64,000 bases of DNA. Source: Promethearchaeia archaeon (lineage in GTDB: Archaea > Asgardarchaeota > Lokiarchaeia > Sigyniarchaeales > SOKP01). The stretch spans positions 25,459 to 89,458 of the forward strand of contig JAHQWL010000088.1 of NCBI GenBank assembly GCA_029856155.1, given 5' to 3'. The notes below the pieces were generated by a model. It had not been told where the DNA came from and did no database searches. It saw nothing but the letters and a program-made list of their open reading frames with translations. Shown here in pieces: positions 10,321-20,844 of the stretch. Made by a program: the position numbers and the translations under genes. How positions within the stretch are numbered: the stretch's first letter is position 1; each line of letters begins with the position of its first letter.

Positions 10321-11412
10321 ATGCTAAATTATAATGATATATACCGTAATTTGCAAATACACTTAGATCAATTTCCTGTAGGATTTCCAGCTACAAAAAC
10401 AGATATTGAAATAAAAGTCTTAATGCACCTTTTTTCAGAAAAAGAAGCGTTGATTGCGACAAAATTAAATTGGTCGTATGATACTCTTGAAAATATATAT
10501 AATCGTCTTGAGAGTAAGGATATTTCTATTGAATCGTTAGAATATTCGCTTAATACTATGATTAAAAAAGGTACAATAAAATATAAAACTGAAAACGGAA
10601 AGAAATTATATGCTAATCTTCCGTTAGTTGTAGGTATTTTTGAATATCAAGTTAACAAGCTCACTAAAGAATTTTTTCAAGATTTTGATGAATACTTGGT
10701 ATCTGCATTTGGAGCAGAGTTATTAGGTACAAAAGTTTCTCAATTTCGTACCATCCCGATACAACAAAGTATCATACCAGAAAATTTTATAGCAAACTAT
10801 GATGAAGTAAAACAAATAATTCAAAATTCTGAAGAACCCTTAACTGTAGCTAATTGTGTCTGTCGTCAGAGCAAAGAACTTTATGATCAACCTTGTGAAA
10901 AAACATCTTTGAGGGAAACCTGTTTTTATTTTGGAAAAACAGGACAATTATTTTTAGACCAAGGATGGGCTCGTCAAGTAAGTAGAGAGGAGGTTTTAAA
11001 TATTATGCAACAAGCTGAAAATGATGGACTTATTTTCCAATCAGGAAATACTATTAATCCAGAATTTATTTGTTGTTGTTGTGGTTGCTGCTGTGCGATT
11101 CTTACAAAATTGCAGAAACTCCCACGCCCTTCAAGAGTAATTTCAAGTAATTATCATGCTGAAATTAATCCTGATTTATGTGTTGGATGTGGAACATGTG
11201 TTGATCGATGCCAAATAAATTCAATAAAACTATACGACAATTTAGCAAAAGTTATACTTAAACGATGTATTGGATGTGGAGTATGTATTCCATCTTGTCC
11301 GGAAGTAGCAATTCAGCTTATAAAAAAAGAAGGAGAAATGAGACCTCCATCGACACAAGAAGATTTATTTTCACAAATAATGAATAAAAAGCAACAATTA
11401 AGAAAAAAATAA
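10321..11412 (+). CDS. 4Fe-4S dicluster ferredoxin-domain protein
   Basis: Two CxxCxxCxxxC motifs, plus NCVCR and an ICCCCGCCC cysteine cluster. Confidence 0.85.
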   Translation: MLNYNDIYRNLQIHLDQFPVGFPATKTDIEIKVLMHLFSEKEALIATKLNWSYDTLENIYNRLESKDISIESLEYSLNTMIKKGTIKYKTENGKKLYANLPLVVGIFEYQVNKLTKEFFQDFDEYLVSAFGAELLGTKVSQFRTIPIQQSIIPENFIANYDEVKQIIQNSEEPLTVANCVCRQSKELYDQPCEKTSLRETCFYFGKTGQLFLDQGWARQVSREEVLNIMQQAENDGLIFQSGNTINPEFICCCCGCCCAILTKLQKLPRPSRVISSNYHAEINPDLCVGCGTCVDRCQINSIKLYDNLAKVILKRCIGCGVCIPSCPEVAIQLIKKEGEMRPPSTQEDLFSQIMNKKQQLRKK

Positions 11413-11439
11413 TTTTAGATGAAATTGAAACATCATTTC

Positions 11440-12384
11440 TTAAAGTCTTCGACTTAACTTATCAATCATATCTTTTGTCATATTAATAAGATTATAACTG
11501 GGATTCCAACCCCATTCCTCACGAGCAAGCGAATCATCAATCGATTTTGGCCATGAATCTGCAATTTCTTGTCTAAAATCAGGTTTGTAATCTATTTCAA
11601 ATTGAGGTATATGCTTCTTAATTTCTGCAGCAATTTCTCCTGCGGAGAAACTCATACCAGTAATATTATATACTCGACGTTTTAGTTTTGAATTATCTGC
11701 TTCTAAAAGATCGATCATACATTTCAAGCAATCCGGCATGTACATCATAGGTAACGCTGTATCTTCTTTTAAGAAGCATGTATATTTCTTATTCTTAATT
11801 GCTTCATAAAATATCTCAACAGCGTAATCTGTAGTACCACCCCCTGGAAGCGTTTCACTACTAATTATTCCAGGAAGTCTCATTGAGCGAATGTCTAACC
11901 CATATTTTTTGTAATAATATTCTGCTAATAGTTCTCCTGCAACTTTCGTGATACCATACATAGTTGTAGGTTGTAGTATTGTGATATTTGGTGTATTCTC
12001 TCTTGGAGTAGTAGGACCAAAAGCAGCTATTGAACTTGGCCAAATTATAGTTTTAATTTCATACTTCCTACTTGTTTCAAGAATATTAATTAATCCATTC
12101 ATGTTTATATCCCAAGCAGTCTGAGGCATTTTCTCACCTATTGCTGAGAGTATTGAAGCCATGTGAAATATTGTATCTATCTCATATTCATAGAAAACTC
12201 TTGAAAGCGTATTTTTTTCTAAAGCATCTAGATATATTACTGGACCAGATTTTCTAATTTCATCTGGAAGTGGGGTTTTTCTTCCAGTAGCTATTACATT
12301 ATCATTTCCATATGTATTCCTCAGGAAGGGAACTAATTCACTTCCAATTTGACCCGCAGCACCTATTACAAGTATTTTTCTCAT
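11440..12384 (-). CDS. tdh: L-threonine 3-dehydrogenase (SDR/epimerase type)
   Basis: GAAGQIG, SSIAAFGP, YGITK, PGGGTTDYAV, MMYMPD; divergent from kbl. Confidence 0.9.
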   Translation of the reverse strand: MRKILVIGAAGQIGSELVPFLRNTYGNDNVIATGRKTPLPDEIRKSGPVIYLDALEKNTLSRVFYEYEIDTIFHMASILSAIGEKMPQTAWDINMNGLINILETSRKYEIKTIIWPSSIAAFGPTTPRENTPNITILQPTTMYGITKVAGELLAEYYYKKYGLDIRSMRLPGIISSETLPGGGTTDYAVEIFYEAIKNKKYTCFLKEDTALPMMYMPDCLKCMIDLLEADNSKLKRRVYNITGMSFSAGEIAAEIKKHIPQFEIDYKPDFRQEIADSWPKSIDDSLAREEWGWNPSYNLINMTKDMIDKLSRRL

Positions 12385-12566
12385 TTTTATCAGATTTTAT
12401 AATGTTAAGTTGTTAGTATAATTCATAATATACTCAATAAAAAAAGGTTTATTCATAATAATCCCATCTTTAAACCCCATTTAGAGGATAAGTAAAACTA
12501 AAATACTTTTCACAATAGACATAAATAATAATTAAACTCACTAATTTCAAAAAAATTTTAGGTGAT

Positions 12567-13757
12567 ATGATGAAAAGAGATCCTGTTGCTTTTCTTAAGG
12601 AAGAAATGACCGAATTAAGAAGCAACAATCTTGAATGGATTATTCGATATTTAGAAGAAGGGTCAAAACCTCACTCCACTGTAGATGGCAAGAAAGTGTT
12701 AATGCTCAATACGAACAACTATCTCGGTCTAGCAACTCATCCTAAGATTATACAAGCTGCAATAGATGCGACAAAAAAATATGGTGCTGGAGCAGGAGCG
12801 GTTCCTGTCATTGCTGGTAGTTTTGATTTGACGAAAGAGTTCCAAAAACAATTTGCTAAATTTAAGGAAGTTGATGCTTCGCTTTTATGTCAAACAGGAT
12901 TTGCAGTTAACACAGGATTAATTCCTATGTTAGTTGGAAAACAAGATATAGTAGTTTCAGACGAGTTAAACCATGGTTCGATAATTGACGGAGTAAGGCT
13001 ATCTGGAGCAAGTCGTATTATTTATAAGCACAATGATGTTGGAGATTTAGAGAGACAATTAAAAGAGGCTGAAAAGCAAGAACCAAGAAGAATCTGTATT
13101 ATTACTGACGGAGTCTTCTCTATGGATGGAGATATGGCTCCACTAGACGGTATAGCTAAAGTTGCGGAAGATTTCGGAGCCATGATTTTCGTTGATGATT
13201 GTCACGGAGAAGGCGTATTGGGAGAGGGAAGAGGTATCGTTGCTCATTTTAATCTACAAGGGAAAGTTCATGTTGAGGGTGGTTCAATGAGTAAAGGATT
13301 CGGTGTATTTGGAGGTACTGTAGCCGGTTCAAAAGATTTAATTGAATTCTGTGCCAATAAAAGCAGAACTTACCTTTTAAGCACTGCACATCCCCCCGGA
13401 GTTGTAGCTGCTAACATCGCTTCAATTGATGTAGTCGAAACCGAGCCCGAACACGTCAAACGAGTGTGGGAAAACACGAATTATTTCAAAAAAGAAGTTC
13501 AAAGTATGGGATATGATACAGGAAACTCGTCAACTCCTATAATTCCATTGATTATTGGAGATCCGGGAAAAGCTCAAGAGCTAGCACGAGTTCTTTTTGA
13601 AGACGAAGGAATCTATGGGACACCTATAGTATTCCCTATGGTCGCAAGAGAATTATCAAGAATACGAGTACAGATGAACGCCTTGCTGACAAAGGAAGAT
13701 TTAAACATGGCGTTAGCTGCCATAGAAAAAGTTGGAAAGAAATTAGATATTATTTAA
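12567..13757 (+). CDS. kbl: Glycine C-acetyltransferase (2-amino-3-ketobutyrate CoA ligase), PLP class II
   Basis: NNYLGLA, DELNHGSIIDG, DGVFSMDGD, DDCHG, SMSK PLP lysine, RIRVQM; adjacent to tdh. Confidence 0.88.
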   Translation: MMKRDPVAFLKEEMTELRSNNLEWIIRYLEEGSKPHSTVDGKKVLMLNTNNYLGLATHPKIIQAAIDATKKYGAGAGAVPVIAGSFDLTKEFQKQFAKFKEVDASLLCQTGFAVNTGLIPMLVGKQDIVVSDELNHGSIIDGVRLSGASRIIYKHNDVGDLERQLKEAEKQEPRRICIITDGVFSMDGDMAPLDGIAKVAEDFGAMIFVDDCHGEGVLGEGRGIVAHFNLQGKVHVEGGSMSKGFGVFGGTVAGSKDLIEFCANKSRTYLLSTAHPPGVVAANIASIDVVETEPEHVKRVWENTNYFKKEVQSMGYDTGNSSTPIIPLIIGDPGKAQELARVLFEDEGIYGTPIVFPMVARELSRIRVQMNALLTKEDLNMALAAIEKVGKKLDII

Positions 13758-13780
13758 TTTATTTTTTAATCATTTTTTAT

Positions 13781-14109
13781 TTATAAAAAAAACTGTTTTA
13801 TAACAGTTATATATTCATATCTGGTCACAAGAAGAATTCCTTCATTTAGATTTATATCAAGAATCCTTTCTAGATGCATTACTTCCTCACTCACTATCTC
13901 AATGGTATTAAGAAAACCTGAAAAAACAGTTTCGGTTATATTCATGTCTGTCCAGTCATGATCATATAAAGGATTACCTTTATTATCTCTTACCGCGATT
14001 CTATAAACAATATAAGGCAAAAAATAGAGAATTTTAACTTTTTCATGATACCTATTGTTATTATTAATATTCAAATGAAATTTGATAGTTGGACGAAAGT
14101 GTTAAAAAT
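13781..14109 (-). pseudogene. Internal fragment of a paralog of the 7TM-longin gene (15257..16582)
   Basis: Near-identical DNA to about 15683..15990 (LPYIVYRIAVRDNKGNPLYDHDWTDMNITETVFSGFLN shared); both ends missing. Confidence 0.85.
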
Positions 14110-14184
14110 TAAAGAAAACATTCGGTCATATCTAACAAAAAACAAGATCAATTTTTATAGACAACAAAAAAGATATGATATAAA

Positions 14185-14352
14185 TTGGAGACAAAAAAAC
14201 AGACTATAATTATTGTATTAATTGCAGTAATAGCTACAGCCGGAATAGCTGTAGGAATAACTTACGTCCTTGTAGTCCCTACTCCAGGAACAGAAGCAGA
14301 AGTGGATGCACTCGAAATAATTTTATTCAATTATATGCATATGGCTTTTTAA
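14185..14352 (+). pseudogene. 5' fragment of a paralog of the sugar-binding protein gene (17526..18881); 55-codon ORF
   Basis: TTG-ETKKQTIIIVLIAVIATAGIAVGITYVLVVPTPGTEAEVDALEI versus MEPKKQTIIFVLIAVISTAAIVAGVTYVILAPTPEGEVDALEI; upstream tcaatttttatagacaacaaaaaaga also conserved. Confidence 0.85.
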
Positions 14353-14475
14353 GCTTCTTCTGACTTCGTTTTTCGAGATATTTCGTCCAATTAAAAGACA
14401 TAATAAAAAACATAATAGTAATTGTTATGTTGTGTTTTTACATTTATATTTAGGATTAAGAGAGGAATCGATTGA

Positions 14476-14745
14476 CCAAAGAAAGCCAAATTAGAAAAGG
14501 AATTAAAAGTTGAGGAAGGGATTTTTAGGTTAATAAAACAACCTCAGCAAATTACTGAAGAAGAAGTCTCGATTTCTAAAGAAAAGAAAATTTGCCTTGT
14601 ATATAAAGGAAAAGTTTTTGGGCTGAATTTTATTTGTCCTCAATGTGAGGCTTTTTACTGTGCAAAATGTTCTGAAGCATTAAATAATTTAGAAAATGCG
14701 TGTTGGACTTTAATTTTCACAGGGATTTCTGCTTATCTTATATAA
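14476..14745 (+). pseudogene. Startless fragment of a Cys-rich zinc-finger domain of a type common at Lokiarchaeal protein C-termini
   Basis: ITEEEVSISKEKKICLVYKGKV..FICPQCEAFYCAKCSEALNNLENACW; no start codon, first CxxC degraded to CLVY, last CxxC cut. Confidence 0.65.
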
Positions 14746-14918
14746 AGACGATATAATGGAATAGCCTAAAAAAAATCAACTATTTTACTTGTTTTAGCTA
14801 CTTCTAACAAATTTTTCTTTATATTCTTTATTTATATGATATTTATAAATTGTAGTGTTTTATCTTTTTTGGGATATTTATCAGTATTTTAACTGTGCCT
14901 GAACAAGCTATCAAAACT

Positions 14919-15170
14919 ATGGATAAGAACCAAGATTTGATAACTAATTGTGGTTTTGAACTTATAAAACAATTGAACTGGCCTGAGGATTGCTGGTGGA
15001 CTGAATATTATAGCCTATTGGAAAAAAAAGTCAAGGAGATCCGTGAATAAAAAGAAAATCCAGATATTTTCAAAAATATTAGCGTCATCGAGGCAGAAAT
15101 TAGGCGGGTAAAGACCAATCCGAAGAATAGCGATTGTGCGCATTATATTTTACAAAAAAAAGGAGATTAA
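14919..15170 (+). pseudogene. 3' fragment of a class I SAM methyltransferase-like gene with an internal TAA
   Basis: LITNCGFELIKQLNWPEDCWWTEYYSLLEKKVKEIRE*KENPD...HYILQK; in-frame TAA at 15048-15050; no SAM-binding N-terminus. Confidence 0.55.
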
Positions 15171-15189
15171 TTTATAAAAGGTAAAAAAG

Positions 15190-15255
15190 ATGAATCGGAT
15201 AAATGTAGTAGGGGCAAGACTTCATAATTTAAAGGATTTAAATGTGGAATTTTCA
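15190..15255 (+). pseudogene. 5' stub of a UvrA-family gene
   Basis: MNRINVVGARLHNLKDLNVEF matches the UvrA N-terminal IxVxGARxHNLKxxxxxI signature; homology stops at the stop codon of the opposing gene. Confidence 0.7.
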
Positions 15256-15256
15256 A

Positions 15257-16582
15257 TTATTCTAAATATTTATTTTTTTCTACTTCTTCCTTTGACTTTT
15301 TCAATTCCAATTCATCAATTTCATTTTTAAATTCATCATAGAAATCAAAAAATTCAGAAGGGTCTGAATATGGAGTTTTAATTAATTCATTTAAAACATT
15401 TTCATATTCATCTTCGTTTTCAAAAATATTTTTAAAATTATTCTCAATCTGTTTTGGCAATTCATGATATTTAGCTGATAATGTCATAAGCTGGTTTTTA
15501 TTTTTAATATTCTGATATGGAATAATTGAGAAGTATTTATTTATAAACTCATAAGCTGATTTATACTCGTTCATATCTATACAAGATTTTTCGAGAAGAC
15601 TTTTAAATTTATTTTCAAAATCATTTGTAAAATTATTAACACAATCTCTTAATAATTTGGATGCTTTAGATGCAAGTAAACAAACAGTTATATATTCATA
15701 TCTGGTCACAAGAAGAATTCCTTCATTTAGATTTATATCAAGGATCCCTCCTACATGCATTACTTCCTCACTCATTATCTCAATGGCATTAAGAAACCCT
15801 GAAAAAACAGTTTCGGTTATATTCATATCTGTCCAGTCATGATCATATAGAGGATTACCTTTATTATCTCTTACCGCGATTCTATAAACAATATAAGGTA
15901 AAACGTAGAGAATTTTAATATCTTTTATGATAACTATTGTTATTATTAATATACCAATCAAATTTGATAGATAGACGAAAATGTTAAAAATCGGATTAAT
16001 ATTATTGAGTAGATGAAATATAGAACCTCCAACAAATATTATAGTTCCTGTAAAACATAATAAAGATTTTTTTTTATAATAAAAAGGGCTACTTGACCAC
16101 GTTTTAATCCCCCAGAAAAATAAATAAGTAAGAAATACTGAATAAAAGATAATAAATGCAATATTAAAGAGTCCATTAGGTACATATTTTTCAAATCCCA
16201 TTTCTATTACAAGCTTGACAGCGTTAGGTTGGGTTCCCAAAAAAATAAGTAAAAAACCCAAACAACAGGATAAAATAAGACCAAAAGTATAATATGACTC
16301 TTTTAACATATTATTAAAAAATAGAATAAAAAAGAATGTAAATGGGAATACAAGCATAATATGAATACGAGCAAAAGCTCCATTTTCAAAAATAATAGAA
16401 ATAATATTTGTTAAAAAATATAAGCCCAAAAACCATGATGTTAGTCTTAAATAAAATAACAGTGGAAATCTTTTCGTAACCTTAGATACCTGTATTGCGA
16501 TCGTTATTATTAGAAAGATTACCGTCATGGAAATTAAAGAAGCAAACTCTAAAATAATAAATAAGTTCATAATGATCCCCAT
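15257..16582 (-). CDS. 7TM membrane protein with cytoplasmic longin-like domain
   Basis: Seven hydrophobic segments in residues about 1-220, then VYRIAV..GNPLY...VFSGFLNAI longin-like pattern and an acidic helical tail. Confidence 0.7.
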   Translation of the reverse strand: MGIIMNLFIILEFASLISMTVIFLIITIAIQVSKVTKRFPLLFYLRLTSWFLGLYFLTNIISIIFENGAFARIHIMLVFPFTFFFILFFNNMLKESYYTFGLILSCCLGFLLIFLGTQPNAVKLVIEMGFEKYVPNGLFNIAFIIFYSVFLTYLFFWGIKTWSSSPFYYKKKSLLCFTGTIIFVGGSIFHLLNNINPIFNIFVYLSNLIGILIITIVIIKDIKILYVLPYIVYRIAVRDNKGNPLYDHDWTDMNITETVFSGFLNAIEIMSEEVMHVGGILDINLNEGILLVTRYEYITVCLLASKASKLLRDCVNNFTNDFENKFKSLLEKSCIDMNEYKSAYEFINKYFSIIPYQNIKNKNQLMTLSAKYHELPKQIENNFKNIFENEDEYENVLNELIKTPYSDPSEFFDFYDEFKNEIDELELKKSKEEVEKNKYLE

Positions 16583-16613
16583 TTTTATATATATATTAAT
16601 TTAATTTACCTTA

Positions 16614-17315
16614 TCAAATTATATCTTTTTTAAAATTTTCTAAAAGAAATTCTTTCATTCTCTGTGAAATACAAATCTCTTTTGTGGATTCATCTTTATA
16701 GATTAAAATTTGATGTTCCATTAATATTTTTAATCGATAATTAACATTTTCTCTCTTAAAGTTAATCTTCTTATAAACATGTGGTTTTTTAATCTTTTTA
16801 TAGTCCATAAATAGTTGAATAATGTTTCTATTAAGTTCATCTTTCATAAAAAAACACAATTTTCCAAAATCATCTTCTATATCCAAAGGAAGAAATAAAG
16901 AATAATTTCCAACTTTAATTTTTTTTATATATTTAAATTTAAGTAGCATCTTTAAATGCCAAAGTAATTGTCCTGCACTTCCAGAATGATCTGTAAAAAC
17001 CTTCTCCCTTATATAAGAGAATGTTGCACCATTAAGACTATCTATCACATGATAAATCTTTTTCCTATATAGATTCAATAATATCGTGTCTCTTGTATGT
17101 TTTGAACCATCAATAAGTATTTTATTATTATTTAAAAATTGTATGATCTCCAATATATCTCCTGTAGAAATGCCCAAAGATCTAACAGCTATATTATAGA
17201 GTTTTTTTACTTTCACAATCTTATTATTTTTGATTAATTCTTTAGCAATTTCTATTATTTTTTGAACATTAGGATTTTCTAACGATAGTGGCCCAACGAC
17301 ATTTTTAAATTTCAT
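16614..17315 (-). CDS. Multi-winged-helix transcriptional regulator (ArsR-like, archaeal type)
   Basis: RKKIYHVI..GATFSYIR..GQLLWHLKML and a second wHTH with VNYRLKIL. Confidence 0.75.
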   Translation of the reverse strand: MKFKNVVGPLSLENPNVQKIIEIAKELIKNNKIVKVKKLYNIAVRSLGISTGDILEIIQFLNNNKILIDGSKHTRDTILLNLYRKKIYHVIDSLNGATFSYIREKVFTDHSGSAGQLLWHLKMLLKFKYIKKIKVGNYSLFLPLDIEDDFGKLCFFMKDELNRNIIQLFMDYKKIKKPHVYKKINFKRENVNYRLKILMEHQILIYKDESTKEICISQRMKEFLLENFKKDII

Positions 17316-17525
17316 TTTTAAGAATAATACCTAATAAATAATCTAAATTTTGAAAGTAGACAAAATTGAGAAGGTTTCCCAATTTTGATTATATCTTCTA
17401 ACACTTTAAAAATTTTTGGAAAATGTTAGTCCTTATATCCTTTAATAACGCTAAAAATATTTCTTAATATCTAAAAAAAAATTAGTATCAATTTTTATAG
17501 ACAACAAAAAAGAGATGATATAAAA

Positions 17526-18881
17526 ATGGAACCTAAAAAACAAACAATAATTTTTGTTTTAATTGCCGTAATATCTACCGCTGCAATTGTTGCAGGAGTA
17601 ACTTATGTTATTTTGGCTCCCACTCCAGAAGGAGAAGTGGACGCACTCGAGATATACCACTGGTGGACATCGGGAGGGGAAGCAGCAGCAATTACAGCGC
17701 TTGTAGATGAGTTCATAGCACTACATCCCGATACAACTGTTCAACAGGTCCAAATTGCTGGAGGAGGAGGTTTTGAAATGAGAGTAAAGATAAAAACATT
17801 GATGCTTGCAGGACAACCTCCAGATACTTTCCAAATTCATAATGGTTATGAGTGGAAAATATTTTATGATGCCGGCTTGTTAAATAATATAGATCCTATC
17901 TGGACAACAGCGTTAAAAGCTGCAGTTCCTGATGTTGTAGAAGATATAAGTAAAGGACCTGATGGCCATTACTACGCTGTCCCTGTTAACATTCATAGAA
18001 GTAATGTATTATGGTTTAATTATGAAATACTTAATGATACTGGAATAGATCCCGCAACACTTACTACTTGGCCAGCTTTTTGGGCTGCATGTGATGCTAT
18101 AATAGCCAATCCAAACTATACCATTACGGCACCAGTCGCAATGGGAGAGCAATGGACTGCTGCACATGCTTTTGAACAAGTTCTTGCTAGTGTAGGTATT
18201 GATACCTATGAAGCATGGATAAATGGAGAAATTGATAGTACTTCAGCAACCCATTACGCTGATTTAGTCACTGCCTGTGAAATCTATAAAACCCTTACAA
18301 CTTATATTAATTCTGATTGGGCTGGAAAATCATGGGATAGTGCTATAGCTAAATTGCTTGCCGCAACACCAACTGCTGCGTTTGCAATTATGGGTGATTG
18401 GGCAAACGGAGAATTCTTCCAAGCAGAATGGGATCATGGTGTTGACTATGGAACTATCGGAGTTCCAGGAACAGGTAATATGTATGGTCTTGTAGTAGAT
18501 TGTTTTGAAAAACCAAAAAATATTCTTCATCCAACTGCTGTAGACAACTGGTTAGGAGTGGTTGCTTCAAAAGATGGACAAGATGCCTTTAATCCTCTAA
18601 AAGGATCAATATCCGCCCGAACTGATGCAAATATTTCTAAGTATGGGGCTTATCAACAATCTGCTATAGCAGACTTTAATACAATTGACGCTTCTCCTAC
18701 TTCATATATGTTTCCAAGTGTAGTTCATGGTAGTGGTGCTCCAGAAGCATTTAATACTGATTTTATTCCTTTAATCGGAGCATTAACCTCAGGTACAGCT
18801 ACCGCCTCTCAAACAGCTACAGCTTTAGCTGCCCTAGCGGCTACATATAGCAGTGATTTTATCAAAACATGGAGTTTATAA
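17526..18881 (+). CDS. Sugar ABC transporter substrate-binding protein (glucose-binding GtsA-like)
   Basis: N-terminal anchor, HWWTSGGE, PPDTFQ, PVNIHRSN, MGDW, FNPLKGSI. Confidence 0.9.
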   Translation: MEPKKQTIIFVLIAVISTAAIVAGVTYVILAPTPEGEVDALEIYHWWTSGGEAAAITALVDEFIALHPDTTVQQVQIAGGGGFEMRVKIKTLMLAGQPPDTFQIHNGYEWKIFYDAGLLNNIDPIWTTALKAAVPDVVEDISKGPDGHYYAVPVNIHRSNVLWFNYEILNDTGIDPATLTTWPAFWAACDAIIANPNYTITAPVAMGEQWTAAHAFEQVLASVGIDTYEAWINGEIDSTSATHYADLVTACEIYKTLTTYINSDWAGKSWDSAIAKLLAATPTAAFAIMGDWANGEFFQAEWDHGVDYGTIGVPGTGNMYGLVVDCFEKPKNILHPTAVDNWLGVVASKDGQDAFNPLKGSISARTDANISKYGAYQQSAIADFNTIDASPTSYMFPSVVHGSGAPEAFNTDFIPLIGALTSGTATASQTATALAALAATYSSDFIKTWSL

Positions 18882-18896
18882 AATAAATTCTAAAAC

Positions 18897-18907
18897 TTTT
18901 TTTTTTT
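18897..18907 (+). terminator. Oligo-T tract after the binding-protein gene (possible archaeal terminator or attenuator)
   Basis: T11 run 15 nt after the stop codon. Confidence 0.4.
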
Positions 18908-18956
18908 ATATTATTTAGTAAGATTAAATTTACTCAAAAAATAGTAAGGTGTTAAA

Positions 18957-19910
18957 TTGGAACAAATAAGTGAAGAGATAGATAAAATTGAAGATTTTAA
19001 AGTTGAAAAAAAGCTTAAATTTTCAAAAGATATAATAAATAACATATTTGCTAGAGATAAATTAATTATTCGATTAATTTTCATTACTTGTTGTATTCTT
19101 GTAGCATACTTTGTATATTATTTTATAGTATGGAATATTCTTGTCTCAATGACAGATTGGCAGGGATTAATTCAAACTTATAATTTTGTAGGTTTTGAAA
19201 ATTATCTCAGAATGCTTGATGATCCAATATTTTGGACTTCTTTAACAAACAATCTTGTCTTTATGCTTGTATTTATACCGTCCAGTATTGTTATTGGACT
19301 CTTCTTAGCAATACTTTTAGATCAAAAAATCAGGAAAGAGAGTGTCTTTAGGACAATATATTTATTACCTTATGCGCTTTCATTCATTGTTACTGCTTAT
19401 TTATGGCAATGGATGTTTACTGAAGAGGGTGTTATTAATTTTATATTAGATCTATTTGGTCTTGGATTTTTAAAGATGTCTTGGATAAGTGATCCAGATA
19501 TAGCGCTTTTCAGTGTTTCATTCGCTTTAGTTTGGCAATTTTCTGGTTACATAATGTTAATTTTTTTAGCAGCAATAAGAACCGTTCCACAATCACATAT
19601 TATGGCTGCCCAAATAGATGGTGCGTCTGGTTTTAGACTATATACACGTGTTATTATCCCACAAATTAAGACATCGACTTTTACAGCTTTTGTTATTCTT
19701 ATGATATTTTCCTTAAAAGCGTTTGATTTTATATGGATTTTAACCGATGGAGGTCCAGGTTGGGCAACTACAATTTTACCAATTACTGTATATAAAGTAG
19801 CCTTTAAATCAAATCAATTTGCTTATAGCTCTGCAATTGCAACAACATTATTATTAATAGTTATGGTAATTGTAATTCCTTACCTTTATATAACATATAG
19901 GAAGAGGTAA
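18957..19910 (+). CDS. Sugar ABC transporter permease (MalF-type)
   Basis: FVGFENY; EAA-like loop AAQIDGASG. Confidence 0.92.
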   Translation: MEQISEEIDKIEDFKVEKKLKFSKDIINNIFARDKLIIRLIFITCCILVAYFVYYFIVWNILVSMTDWQGLIQTYNFVGFENYLRMLDDPIFWTSLTNNLVFMLVFIPSSIVIGLFLAILLDQKIRKESVFRTIYLLPYALSFIVTAYLWQWMFTEEGVINFILDLFGLGFLKMSWISDPDIALFSVSFALVWQFSGYIMLIFLAAIRTVPQSHIMAAQIDGASGFRLYTRVIIPQIKTSTFTAFVILMIFSLKAFDFIWILTDGGPGWATTILPITVYKVAFKSNQFAYSSAIATTLLLIVMVIVIPYLYITYRKR

Positions 19911-19916
19911 TAAGAA

Positions 19917-20834
19917 ATGAGTTCACATGAAGTAAACCAAACTGAAACGTTAGACGTAATAGATGATTTAAAATGGGAAAAGATTCACGGTAGTAAAGGA
20001 TTTAGATTATTAAAAATAAGGCAAATAATAAAAAAAATAATACTTTATACTGTTTTAATAGTTGCCTTAATTGTAACGGTAATACCACTTTGGTCCGGTA
20101 TTATGTCTGCCTTTAAAACTCAAGCAGATTTATCATTAACATCACCACTTGCTCCACCTACAATTCCAACATTCGAGCCTTTAATTTATGCTTGGAAGGA
20201 ATTGCAGCGACCTTTAATAAATTCCGTTCTATTTACTACTCTAGCAACTATCTTTTCTTGTTTGCTCGGTTCTATATGTGGTTTTGTATTGACTAAATTA
20301 AAGTTCAAAGGTTCTAATACTGTATTTCTTCTTATTACTTTAGGAATTTTCCTTCCATATCAGTCTATTATAATTCCTCTTTTTATTACTATAAGAAATT
20401 TGGGAATATATGATACAATGTGGGCTATGATATTAGTACATTCAGTCTATGGAATTCCTATGACGACACTTCTCTTTAGAAGTTATTATGAATCGATACC
20501 AATCAGTATAATAGACGCGGCTAAAACTGATGGGGCGGGAGTAATGGCGATATATAGAAGGCTTATACTTCCATTATCTCCTTTACCCTTTGTTGTTGCT
20601 GGAGTGTTTCAGTTTACTAGTATTTGGAATGATTATCTTTTTGCTCTGATACTTACAGGGTCAAATTTCGAACCAGCTTCATTTGCCCTTTCAAATATGG
20701 CAGGAGGAACTGAAACTGCTTGGAATAATACAATGGCGGGTACTTTTTTGTATTCTTTACCTATTTTACTTATTTTTGTTTTGTTAGGTAAATATTTAAT
20801 GCAAGGATTAATGGCAGGAGCAGTAAAAGGTTAG
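19917..20834 (+). CDS. Sugar ABC transporter permease (MalG-type)
   Basis: DAAKTDGAG loop; WNDYLFAL. Confidence 0.92.
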   Translation: MSSHEVNQTETLDVIDDLKWEKIHGSKGFRLLKIRQIIKKIILYTVLIVALIVTVIPLWSGIMSAFKTQADLSLTSPLAPPTIPTFEPLIYAWKELQRPLINSVLFTTLATIFSCLLGSICGFVLTKLKFKGSNTVFLLITLGIFLPYQSIIIPLFITIRNLGIYDTMWAMILVHSVYGIPMTTLLFRSYYESIPISIIDAAKTDGAGVMAIYRRLILPLSPLPFVVAGVFQFTSIWNDYLFALILTGSNFEPASFALSNMAGGTETAWNNTMAGTFLYSLPILLIFVLLGKYLMQGLMAGAVKG

Positions 20835-20844
20835 AGGTTATATT

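Noticed and set aside
14335-14395. Minus-strand stretch resembling a PAS-linker end (EISRKTKSEEA)
   Set aside because: Too short, and it needs a frameshift to fit; it cannot be supported by eye.
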